Notes: generated by a model not told the origin, from the sequence alone. DNA of 64,000 nucleotides from Burkholderiales bacterium (GCA_028868825.1 JAGWTU010000028.1:789-64788); one strand, 5' to 3'; numbered from the stretch's first letter, positions 8,034 to 15,992 are shown. A program made the numbers and translations.

Positions 8034-8812
8034 GCTGCGGCCCTCGTCGGCAATTGCACCGACCGCTGCGCGCGCGCGATCAGCGCCGCGCGGTGTTCGC
8101 CGTAGGCCTGCAGCGCCTCTTCGTGCAGCGCCGTCGGTATCTCGATCTCGTCGTAGCTGCGCTTTTGCGCCGCGACCTTGCCCGATTTCAGCCGCGCGGA
8201 ATGGTCGCCCGCGGCGCCGCTGCCGGTGCGGTTGAAGACGCCGTATTCGGTCGGGATCGGTCCGTCCAATTGCAGCCAGTCGCCGAGCGCGGCCAGCGTC
8301 GGCGCCGTGTCGCTGACGATGAGTTCGGCGTCGAGGTAGAAATAAGGCGACTGCAGATTGCGCGCGACGCCGGCCAGCGACTTCAGCCGGTCGATGTAAT
8401 AGCGCGCCGCGCCTACGACCTCGGCCTCGGGCTGCGTGGGCAGATGTTCGCGGTAGAGCACGACGAGACTGCGGATCGATTGCGTCGGTTCGCGCAGCAT
8501 CAGGATCGTGCGGCTGCTCGGGCGCTCCAGCAGCGGCAGCGCGACGGCATGGCCGTCGTGCAGCACCTTGTCGAACATGTAGCGCGCGCCGGGCTTGGCG
8601 CTGTGGTCGGCGAAATGCAGCATCTTCTGGCGCCACAGGCTTTTCCAGCTGTAGTAGCCGATGTGCATCTCGTAATAGCCCTCGATCTGCGGGTGGCTGC
8701 CGAGCAGATGGCCGAGCAGGCTCGTATTGGCCCGCATATGGCTGAGCAGGAAGATGTTGCGGTGGCGCAGCACCAGCGACGGATTGGCGGCGAATGCCGA
8801 CAGCAGCGACAT
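8030..8812 (-). CDS. Sulfotransferase-like protein (putative)
   Basis: 5'-PSB-like motif IFLLSHMRANTSLLGHLLGSHPQI and 3'-PB-like motif MLREPTQSIRSL, about 260 aa. Assignment is by motif resemblance only. Confidence 0.5.
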   Translation of the reverse strand: MSLLSAFAANPSLVLRHRNIFLLSHMRANTSLLGHLLGSHPQIEGYYEMHIGYYSWKSLWRQKMLHFADHSAKPGARYMFDKVLHDGHAVALPLLERPSSRTILMLREPTQSIRSLVVLYREHLPTQPEAEVVGAARYYIDRLKSLAGVARNLQSPYFYLDAELIVSDTAPTLAALGDWLQLDGPIPTEYGVFNRTGSGAAGDHSARLKSGKVAAQKRSYDEIEIPTALHEEALQAYGEHRAALIARAQRSVQLPTRAAA

Positions 8813-8818
8813 GGGGCT

Positions 8819-10615
8819 TCAGTCCTGAGGTGGTTGGAGCCAGGCGTCGACCGAGGTCAGCACCTGTTTGCAGACGCGCTCGTAGACGGCGCGCGTCTTG
8901 CCGTAGGGGTCCGGCACTTCGACCTGCGCCGGGTTCGATGCGCTGGCGGCACCGAGCAGGTAGGCCTTGCCGCCGGCGGCCGGATGCTCGCGCGCGAGGC
9001 GGTCGAGGTGCGCGACTTCCATCGCGAACACGATGTCGGCGTCGGCGACGAGCCGGGCGTCGAGCGTGCGCGAATGCCAGGCGCCGAGTTCGACGCCGCC
9101 GGCGGCGGTGGCGGCGACGTCGACCATCGTCGGATCGGCGGGCCGCCCCGCGGGGCTGTGGAAGCCGGCCGAGGCGAATTCAAAGCGACCGGGGTAGCGG
9201 CGCTCGGCATAGGCCTGGGCAAGCGCACTGCGGTTGATGTTGCCGTGGCAGAGGAAGACGATGCGCCGCGCCTTGCGCAGGCGTTGGCGTGCCGGCGCCG
9301 CGGCGCGCAGCTCGCGCTCGAGCCGGCGCCGCTGCGCGACGATGGCGCCGAAGCGGCGCGCCTGGTGGCTGGCGATGCGGCCGAGGTCGACGAGCCCGGG
9401 CCAGGGATCGCGCCAGCTCTGGACGTCGAAATGGTGGCGCGGCGAGAACATCAGCAGCCAGTCGCGCAGCACTTCGCGCTTGGACGGCAGCGTGACGAGT
9501 TGCGGTGGCGCCGCCTTGCGCAGCACATGCTCGGACCAGTCGATGTCGCGCGCGAGATGGCGCGCGACGATGCCGCTGCGCGCCGCCGGCCAGTCGCCGA
9601 CGTGCCCGGTGGTCCACAGCTCATGCAGCATGGCCGGGAAGTCGGCGCCGGCGGCGACGGCCAGCGGCAGCGAGCCCCAGAAGCGGCCGTTGATCTCGAC
9701 GAGGACGAAGGCGCCTGTCTGCGGCTGGTACTTGAACTCGACCATCGCGACGCCATGCCAGCGCAGCGCCTGCATGAGCTTGCGCGAGGCCTCGAGCAGC
9801 GCCGGCACCGGCGCCTCGCTCACGCGCAGCGTGCTGCCGCCGCCGGTCAGCGGCACCTCGTGCAGCCGACGGTGCTGGAAGGCGTAGCGGACCTCGCCCT
9901 GGTCGGCGATCAATTCGATCCCGACCCCGTCGCCGCGGAAGTATTCCTGGAGGATCACGGCGCCATGGCGCAGCGCCGAGGTCGCCTCGGCCTCGAGACC
10001 GGCGTCGTCGAAGGCGTAGGCGACGCGCAGCTGGACGCGTTCGCCCGCGCCGCCGCCGACCGAGCGCGCCGGCTTGACGACGACGGGGTAGCCGAGATCC
10101 TTCGCCGCGGCGACGGCCTCGGCCGGGGAGGCGACGACGATGGACCGGGGCACCGGGATGCCGAGCGAGCGCGCGAGCGCGCCGGTGCGGTCCTTGTCGA
10201 GCACCTGCTCGAGTGCCTCGGCGCTTGCCATCGCGATGGGTTCGCCCTCGAAGCGCGAGCGCGCGCGCATCAGCGGCACCAGCGTGCGCTCGGTGACCGG
10301 AATCACGAGTCCGCGCCGCCGCTCGTCCAGCTGTTGCCGCAGCCAAGCGACGAATCCGGCCTCGTCGCGCAATGGATCGGGGTAGCGCAGGCAGGCCGCG
10401 ACATGGCGCGAACTGGCGGCGAGCGGGTGTTCGACATCGCTGGCGACCTCGACGGCCAATCCGCGACGCGCGAGCGCGCGCACGATCGACAGCGTCGACG
10501 CCTGGTCGCCGTCAAGGACGAGCACCGAAGGTCTGGCTGCACGGGGCGGTTCGGGCTTCGCTGGGCTGGGCATCTCGCAGGGTTGCGCGCCCCGGCCTCG
10601 CCGGCGCCTACGCAC
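8819..10615 (-). CDS. Fusion protein: N-terminal ATP-grasp ligase domain plus C-terminal low-molecular-weight phosphotyrosine phosphatase (Wzb/ArsC-fold) domain
   Basis: The ATP-grasp region (about 9596-10528) contains GYPVVVKPARS, ILQEYF and GVAMVEFKY...VLVEINGRFWGS. The LMW-PTP region (about 8822-9268) has the P-loop IVFLCHGNINRS (C at 9248-9250) and the general-acid motif VPDPYG. The start is uncertain: GTG at 10615 or ATG at 10573. Confidence 0.75.
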   Translation of the reverse strand: MRRRRRGRGAQPCEMPSPAKPEPPRAARPSVLVLDGDQASTLSIVRALARRGLAVEVASDVEHPLAASSRHVAACLRYPDPLRDEAGFVAWLRQQLDERRRGLVIPVTERTLVPLMRARSRFEGEPIAMASAEALEQVLDKDRTGALARSLGIPVPRSIVVASPAEAVAAAKDLGYPVVVKPARSVGGGAGERVQLRVAYAFDDAGLEAEATSALRHGAVILQEYFRGDGVGIELIADQGEVRYAFQHRRLHEVPLTGGGSTLRVSEAPVPALLEASRKLMQALRWHGVAMVEFKYQPQTGAFVLVEINGRFWGSLPLAVAAGADFPAMLHELWTTGHVGDWPAARSGIVARHLARDIDWSEHVLRKAAPPQLVTLPSKREVLRDWLLMFSPRHHFDVQSWRDPWPGLVDLGRIASHQARRFGAIVAQRRRLERELRAAAPARQRLRKARRIVFLCHGNINRSALAQAYAERRYPGRFEFASAGFHSPAGRPADPTMVDVAATAAGGVELGAWHSRTLDARLVADADIVFAMEVAHLDRLAREHPAAGGKAYLLGAASASNPAQVEVPDPYGKTRAVYERVCKQVLTSVDAWLQPPQD

Positions 10616-10624
10616 TCTCTCGGT

Positions 10625-11362
10625 TCAATGGGTAGCGGCGCTTGCGCCGCTTGCGGCGTCGACCGGCGCCGAAGCCGCGGAGGCAGGCGGATCGGACCAT
10701 TCGCCCTTCGCGCGCAGTCGCTCGATCAGGTCCTTGCGCTCCATGCCTTCATCCATCGCGGCCCAGGCCTGCTCTCGAGCATCCTTGTAGCGGCCCATCT
10801 GGAAGTAAAGCAGACCCAGGTTGTAGTGGGTGAACGGATTGTCTCCGGCCTTGATCGCGACATAGTCGAGCTGCATCGACGCGTCCTTGGGCCGACCGAG
10901 CTGGATCATGTAGTCGGCGTGCAGCATGCGCACGATCAGATCGTCGGGGCGGAATCGCTCGGCGCGCAGGAAATAGCATTCGACCGTGTAGTCGAGATTG
11001 CCCGGTTGAGGTGTCTTGTCGCGGATCGACCAGCGCATCAGCGTCGCCAGACCGCGCGGATGGTTCGGAAAGGCGTGCAGCAGGAAGGCAATTTCGGCCG
11101 CGAGGGTCCCCGTATTGCCATGTTCCAGATTCTCGACGTTGGGCGTGAAGTGATTGCTCTCGACCATGCGGACACCCGGATTGGTGCGGAAATCCCACGG
11201 TCCTCGGTTGTTCGGGATCGGAAAGGTATTGGTGCGCGGGCAAGGTTCGATCAACGTCTCGACCGCGCTTTGCCCCCAGGCCCATTGAGCCGACAACGTG
11301 CAGGCAAGCACGCCTGCGGTGGCGAGCCACCGATGTGAGCAGAGTCGCGGACCTGGAGCCAT
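10625..11362 (-). CDS. Secreted protein of unknown function with a TPR-like C-terminal region
   Basis: The internal start MAPGPRLCSHRWLATAGVLACTLSAQWAWGQ looks like a signal peptide. The C-terminal NPFTHYNLGLLYFQMGRYKDAREQAWAAM is TPR-like. I recognised no enzyme motif. Confidence 0.55.
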   Translation of the reverse strand: MAPGPRLCSHRWLATAGVLACTLSAQWAWGQSAVETLIEPCPRTNTFPIPNNRGPWDFRTNPGVRMVESNHFTPNVENLEHGNTGTLAAEIAFLLHAFPNHPRGLATLMRWSIRDKTPQPGNLDYTVECYFLRAERFRPDDLIVRMLHADYMIQLGRPKDASMQLDYVAIKAGDNPFTHYNLGLLYFQMGRYKDAREQAWAAMDEGMERKDLIERLRAKGEWSDPPASAASAPVDAASGASAATH

Positions 11363-11366
11363 CGCC

Positions 11367-11618
11367 TCAAGTCCCGACGCGTTCGACGATGAACCGGCAC
11401 AGGCTGCCGACGGTCGCAAACGTCTCGCCGCTGATCTCGTCGTCCTCGACCGAGATGCCGAAGCGGTCCTCCATCGCGCCGACGAGGCTGACGACGGCCA
11501 TGCTGTCGAGTTCGGGGATCGAGCCGAGCAGACGCGTGTCGGCGTCGAAGGATTGGGCACGGCCGTGCAGACCGAGCACGTCGTCCAGCATGTTCAGCAC
11601 TTCCTTGTTCGTATCCAC
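11367..11618 (-). CDS. Acyl carrier protein (stand-alone, exosortase A-associated type)
   Basis: 83 aa and acidic, with the phosphopantetheine attachment motif LDSMAVVSL. GTG start. Confidence 0.8.
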   Translation of the reverse strand: MDTNKEVLNMLDDVLGLHGRAQSFDADTRLLGSIPELDSMAVVSLVGAMEDRFGISVEDDEISGETFATVGSLCRFIVERVGT

Positions 11619-11854
11619 GCTAGTCCGCTTCTTCGATTGGGGTTGGTCGGTGGACGGCGCCGGGTCGGCGCGGACACACCGCTACGCCCGCGATCATATC
11701 GGCGTCGATTCCCGGCTAGGCGGCCATCCCGGCCACCTCGATGGGAGTCGTGCCATTGTTGGCGTTTCCACCTCGCCGGACCCCGTTCGACTCGTTGAAA
11801 ATCCCGCCGAGCGGCCGCCGATCGTGGCGGACTAACATCGTCCCATCCGGCGCC

Positions 11855-11871
11855 GGTTCGCCTGGCGAACC
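11855..11871 (+). promoter_or_regulatory. 17-nt palindrome GGTTCGCC-T-GGCGAACC in the divergent control region, 20 nt upstream of the ligase ATG
   Basis: Perfect 8-bp arms read directly from the sequence. It could be an operator or a 5'-UTR hairpin. Confidence 0.3.
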
Positions 11872-11890
11872 CGCCCGTAGCACTCCCGAC

Positions 11891-13498
11891 ATGAGCCCAC
11901 ATCCTCCCGAAGCCGCGCTGCTGCACGAGTTGATCTTCCGCGCCCGGTCGCTGACGCCGCAGGCGCCGGCGCTGACCTATGGCGCCGAGACCTGGACCTA
12001 CGAGCGCCTGGCGCAGGACACCGCGGCCTTCGCCGCCGGGCTGCGCGCACTCGGCCTCGAACGCGGCGAGCGCGTCGGCATCTGGCTCGAGAAGCGGTTC
12101 GAGGCCGTCGTCGCGAGTTTCGGCACCGCCGCCGCGGGCCTCGTGATGGTGCCGATGAACCCGCTGCTCAAGCCCGAACAGGTGGGCCACATCGCGCGCG
12201 ATTGCAACGCCCGCGTCATCGTCACGTCACCCGAGCGTGCTGCGCTGCTGGCCGCCGTGCTGCCGCAATGCCCGGACCTGCGCCACCTCGTGCTCACCGA
12301 CGGCCAGGCCGCGCCGGCGGGCGGCGCGGTCGCCGTGCAGCGCTGGTCCGAGCTGCTGGCTGCATTGCCTGCCGACGGCCATCGCGTCATCGACACCGAC
12401 ATCTGCGCCATCCTCTACACGAGCGGCTCGACCGGGCTGCCCAAGGGCGTCGTGCTCAGCCACCGCAACATGGTCGCCGGTGCCAAGAGCGTCGCCAGCT
12501 ATCTCGAGAACCGCGCCGGCGACACGCTGCTGGCGGCGCTGCCGCTGTCGTTCGACGCCGGCTTCAGCCAGCTCACCACCGCCTTCCACGCCGGTGCCCG
12601 CGTCGTGCTGCTGAACTACCTGATGCCGCGCGACGTGCTCAAGGCGATGGCGCGCGAGCGCGTCACCGGGCTCACCGCCGTGCCGCCGCTGTACATCCAG
12701 CTCACGCAGCTCGAATGGCCGGCCGAGGTCGGCGAGCATCTGCGCTATTTCGCCAACACCGGCGGGCGCATGCCGCGCGAGACGCTGGATGCACTGCGCC
12801 AGCGCGTGCCGCGCGCACTGCCGTTCCTGATGTACGGCCTCACCGAGGCCTTCCGCAGCACCTACCTGCCGCCGGCCGAGGTCGACCGACGCCCCGACAG
12901 CATCGGCCGCGCGATACCGAACGCCGAGATCCTCGTGCTGCGCGAGGACGGCAGCGAGTGCGCACCCGACGAGCCGGGCGAACTCGTGCACCGCGGCGCG
13001 CTCGTCGGCCAGGGCTACTGGAACGATGCCGAGAAGACGGCCGAGCGCTACCGCCTGCTCGGCGCCGGCCGCGGCGGCCGCATGGCCGGGCTGCAGCTGC
13101 CCGAATACGCCGTGTTCAGCGGCGACACGGTACGCCGCGATGCCGAAGGATTTCTCTATTTCATCGGCCGCCGCGACGAGATGATGAAGACCTCGGGCTA
13201 CCGCGTCAGTCCGACCGAGGTCGAGGAGATCGTCTATTCGACCAGGCGCGTCGGCGAATGCGTCGCGTTCGGCGTCGACCACCCGAGCCTGGGCCAGGCG
13301 ATCCAGATCATCGCCACCGCGCCCGACGGCAGCGCGGCGCTCGACGTGCCCGCGCTGCTCGCCGATTGCAAGCAGCGCATGCCGGCCTACATGGTGCCGG
13401 CCGGCATCCACCCGATGGCCGGCCCGCTGCCGCGCAACCCCAACGGCAAGATCGACCGCAAGCTGCTGGCGACGCAATGGTTGGAGACGCCCCGATGA
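11891..13498 (+). CDS. Acyl-CoA ligase (AMP-forming), exosortase A system-associated type
   Basis: Adenylate-forming motifs ILYTSGSTGLPKGV, YGLTE, SGDTVRRDAEGFLYFIGRRDEMMKTSGYRV and PRNPNGKIDRK. Start taken at MSPHPPEAALLHE. Confidence 0.85.
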   Translation: MSPHPPEAALLHELIFRARSLTPQAPALTYGAETWTYERLAQDTAAFAAGLRALGLERGERVGIWLEKRFEAVVASFGTAAAGLVMVPMNPLLKPEQVGHIARDCNARVIVTSPERAALLAAVLPQCPDLRHLVLTDGQAAPAGGAVAVQRWSELLAALPADGHRVIDTDICAILYTSGSTGLPKGVVLSHRNMVAGAKSVASYLENRAGDTLLAALPLSFDAGFSQLTTAFHAGARVVLLNYLMPRDVLKAMARERVTGLTAVPPLYIQLTQLEWPAEVGEHLRYFANTGGRMPRETLDALRQRVPRALPFLMYGLTEAFRSTYLPPAEVDRRPDSIGRAIPNAEILVLREDGSECAPDEPGELVHRGALVGQGYWNDAEKTAERYRLLGAGRGGRMAGLQLPEYAVFSGDTVRRDAEGFLYFIGRRDEMMKTSGYRVSPTEVEEIVYSTRRVGECVAFGVDHPSLGQAIQIIATAPDGSAALDVPALLADCKQRMPAYMVPAGIHPMAGPLPRNPNGKIDRKLLATQWLETPR

Positions 13499-14730
13499 GC
13501 CGCACCGCCCCCGTCCATGTGCCGATGTCGCAGTTCCCGCGCGTCGATGGCGAACTCACCGTCGGCGGCGAGCGGCTGAGCGTGCTCGCCGCGCGCGTCG
13601 CCAGCACGCCTTTCTACGCCTACGACCGCGCATTGATCCGCGCGCGCGTCGCCGCGCTGCGCGCCGCGCTGCCCTCGGCGGTGATGCTGCATTACGCGAT
13701 GAAGGCCAACCCGATGCCGGCCGTCGTCGCGCTGATGGTCGGGCTCGTCGACGGCATCGACGTCGCCTCGGGCGGCGAGTTGCGCGTGGCGCTCGACGCC
13801 GGCGCCGCGGCGGCCGACGTCAGCTTCGCCGGGCCCGGCAAGCGCGATGTCGAACTGCGCCAGGCGGTGGCCTCGCGCGTGCTCGTGAATGTCGAATCGG
13901 CGCGCGAGCTCCCGATCCTGGCGCAGGCCTCGCAGGAGCTCGGCCTGCCGGCGCGCGTGGCCGTGCGCGTGAACCCGGACTTCGAGCTCAAGGGCTCGGG
14001 CATGAAGATGGGCGGCGGGCCCAAGCAGTTCGGCATCGATGTCGAGCAGGTGCCGGCGGTGCTCGCGCGCATCGGCGAGCTCGGCCTCGCGTTCGAGGGC
14101 TTCCACCTCTATTCGGGTTCGCAGAACCTCAACGCCGAATCGATCTGCGAGGCGCAGCGCCAGTCGTTCGAACTCGCGCTGCGGCTGGCCGCGCTGGCGA
14201 GCGCGCCGGTGCGCCACCTCAACCTCGGTGGCGGCTTCGGCGTGCCGTATTTCCCGGGGCAGGAGCGGCTCGACCTGGCGCCCATCGGCGCCAACCTCGA
14301 GCGGCTGGCCGAGCGGCTCGAGACGGCGATGCCGGGAGCTTCGATCGTCATCGAGCTCGGCCGCTATTTCGTCGCCGAGGCCGGCGTCTACGTCACCCGC
14401 GTCGTCGACCGCAAGCTCTCGCGCGGCGAGGTCTTCCTCGTCTGCGATGGCGGCCTCAACCACCATCTGGCGGCCTCGGGCAACTTCGGCCAGGTGGTGC
14501 GCAAGAACTACCCGGCGGCGATCGGCCGGGCGCCACAGGGTGGCGCGGTCGAGGTCGCGTCGGCCGTCGGCCCGCTGTGCACGCCGCTGGACATCCTGGC
14601 CGACCGCATGGAGCTGCCGCAGGCCGAGATCGGCGATCTGGTCGTCATCTTCCAGTCCGGCGCCTACGGGCCGTCGGCCAGCCCGCAGGCCTTCCTCGGA
14701 CACCCGGCCTGCACCGAAGTGCTGGTTTGA
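13495..14730 (+). CDS. PLP-dependent decarboxylase (Orn/DAP/Arg decarboxylase fold), exosortase A system-associated type
   Basis: ATGA overlap with the ligase stop. PLP-lysine context LHYAMKANP, then GFHLYSGSQ and CDGGLNHH, all typical of the DAP-decarboxylase family. Confidence 0.85.
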   Translation: MSRTAPVHVPMSQFPRVDGELTVGGERLSVLAARVASTPFYAYDRALIRARVAALRAALPSAVMLHYAMKANPMPAVVALMVGLVDGIDVASGGELRVALDAGAAAADVSFAGPGKRDVELRQAVASRVLVNVESARELPILAQASQELGLPARVAVRVNPDFELKGSGMKMGGGPKQFGIDVEQVPAVLARIGELGLAFEGFHLYSGSQNLNAESICEAQRQSFELALRLAALASAPVRHLNLGGGFGVPYFPGQERLDLAPIGANLERLAERLETAMPGASIVIELGRYFVAEAGVYVTRVVDRKLSRGEVFLVCDGGLNHHLAASGNFGQVVRKNYPAAIGRAPQGGAVEVASAVGPLCTPLDILADRMELPQAEIGDLVVIFQSGAYGPSASPQAFLGHPACTEVLV

Positions 14731-14750
14731 CGGGGGCGGCAAGCGGTGCG

Positions 14751-15992
14751 GTGCGCCGGTCGCGTCGCGGCATCGGTTGCCTGCTTGCGCTGTTCGGCTT
14801 CGGCCTGGTCGTCGTGCTCGGTCTGCGCGCCGGCAGCGCAGCGCTGCGCGACGCGCCGCGCTCACCCGGCGAGATGATCGACCACGCCGAGCGCCGCCTC
14901 GTCGGCCATCCGCGCCTGCAGCGCTGGGGCGTGCCGATGCTCGAGGAACTGCGCGTCGCGCTCGGCGAGCCCAGCCCGGCCGAGCGCGCGCTGCCGTTCG
15001 CGGTGCCGCCGCTCGCGCCCAACCCGATGCAGGCGCCGGCGGCTGCGGCTGCGGACGATGCGCGCGTGATCCGCGTCGGGCCGACGCGCGCGATCCGCAC
15101 CATCGCCGAGGCGGCGCGGCGCGCCGTCGACGGCAGCGTGATCGAGATCGACCCCGGCGACTACCACCGCGACGTCGCCGTCTGGGACCGCGCGCGGTTG
15201 ACGATCCGCGGCCGCGGCGACCGCGTACGCCTGATCGCCGACGGTGCCAGCGCCGAGGGCAAGGCGATCTGGGTCGTGCGCCGCGGCGAGGTCACGATCG
15301 AGAACATCGAGTTCGTCGGCGCCCGCGTACCCGATCGCAACGGCGCCGGGATCCGGCTCGAGAGCGGCCAGCTGCTGGTGCGCCAATGCCGCTTCTACGC
15401 CAGCGAGAGCGGCATCATCACCGCCGCCGATGTGCGCTCGACGCTCGACGTCGAGGATTCCGAATTCGGCTTCCTCGGTCAAGGCGACGGCTACAGCCAT
15501 GGCATCTATGTCGGCGCCATCGCCTCGTTCAGGCTGGTCGGCAGCTACCTGCACGACGGCAATGCCGGCCACCTCGTCAAGTCGCGCGCCTGGAAGAACG
15601 TGCTCGCCTACAACCGCCTCATCGACGGGCCCGCCGGTCGCTCGAGCTACGAGGTCGAATTCCCGAACGGCGGCGAGGTCGAGATGGTCGCCAACGTGGT
15701 CGAGCAGGGGCGCAGATCACGCAACTCGGTCATCGTCTCGTACGCCGCGGAAGGCTATCGATATGCGACGAACCGGCTGCACCTGCGCGCGAACGTCATC
15801 GTCAACGACGGCCGCTGGGGCGGCACCTTCGTGCATGTCGCCCCCGGCCCGGCGAAGGTCGAACTGGTCGACAACCTCTGGGCCGGCGGCGGCCGGCTCG
15901 ACGTGCCGCCGGGTGCCCAGGAGAGCGGCAATCGATCGGCCGACTGGCCCTACGACATCGTGGTCCCGCCACCGATGAAGGTGCTGCCATGA
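14751..15992 (+). CDS. Membrane-anchored right-handed parallel beta-helix repeat protein (candidate polysaccharide lyase/epimerase)
   Basis: N-terminal TM segment GIGCLLALFGFGLVVVLGL. Repeated beta-helix-like units (NGAGIRLESGQLLVRQCRF, SESGIIT, HGIYVG, NAGHLVKSRA). The start is uncertain: GTG at 14751 or TTG at 14727. Confidence 0.7.
   Translation: MRRSRRGIGCLLALFGFGLVVVLGLRAGSAALRDAPRSPGEMIDHAERRLVGHPRLQRWGVPMLEELRVALGEPSPAERALPFAVPPLAPNPMQAPAAAAADDARVIRVGPTRAIRTIAEAARRAVDGSVIEIDPGDYHRDVAVWDRARLTIRGRGDRVRLIADGASAEGKAIWVVRRGEVTIENIEFVGARVPDRNGAGIRLESGQLLVRQCRFYASESGIITAADVRSTLDVEDSEFGFLGQGDGYSHGIYVGAIASFRLVGSYLHDGNAGHLVKSRAWKNVLAYNRLIDGPAGRSSYEVEFPNGGEVEMVANVVEQGRRSRNSVIVSYAAEGYRYATNRLHLRANVIVNDGRWGGTFVHVAPGPAKVELVDNLWAGGGRLDVPPGAQESGNRSADWPYDIVVPPPMKVLP

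Noticed and set aside
8054-11338. 1094-aa plus-strand ORF, together with similar giant ORFs at 17315-21664 (-), 16261-19536 (+), 21771-24656 (-), 30886-33573 (-), 35362-38691 (-), 53283-56195 (+) and 41342-43693 (+)
   Set aside because: Their translations are dominated by Arg/Ala/Gly/Pro/Asp runs with no recognisable motifs. Each lies antisense to, or out of frame with, strongly recognisable conserved genes (secD/secF, pgk, maeB, fba, the RNB gene and others). These are typical stop-codon-poor off-frames of a genome with about 70% GC.
11750-11755. TGGCAC (minus strand) in the divergent EPS control region as a possible sigma-54 -24 element for the ACP operon
   Set aside because: No TTGC-like -12 element follows at the required spacing; the downstream sequence is GACTC CCAT.
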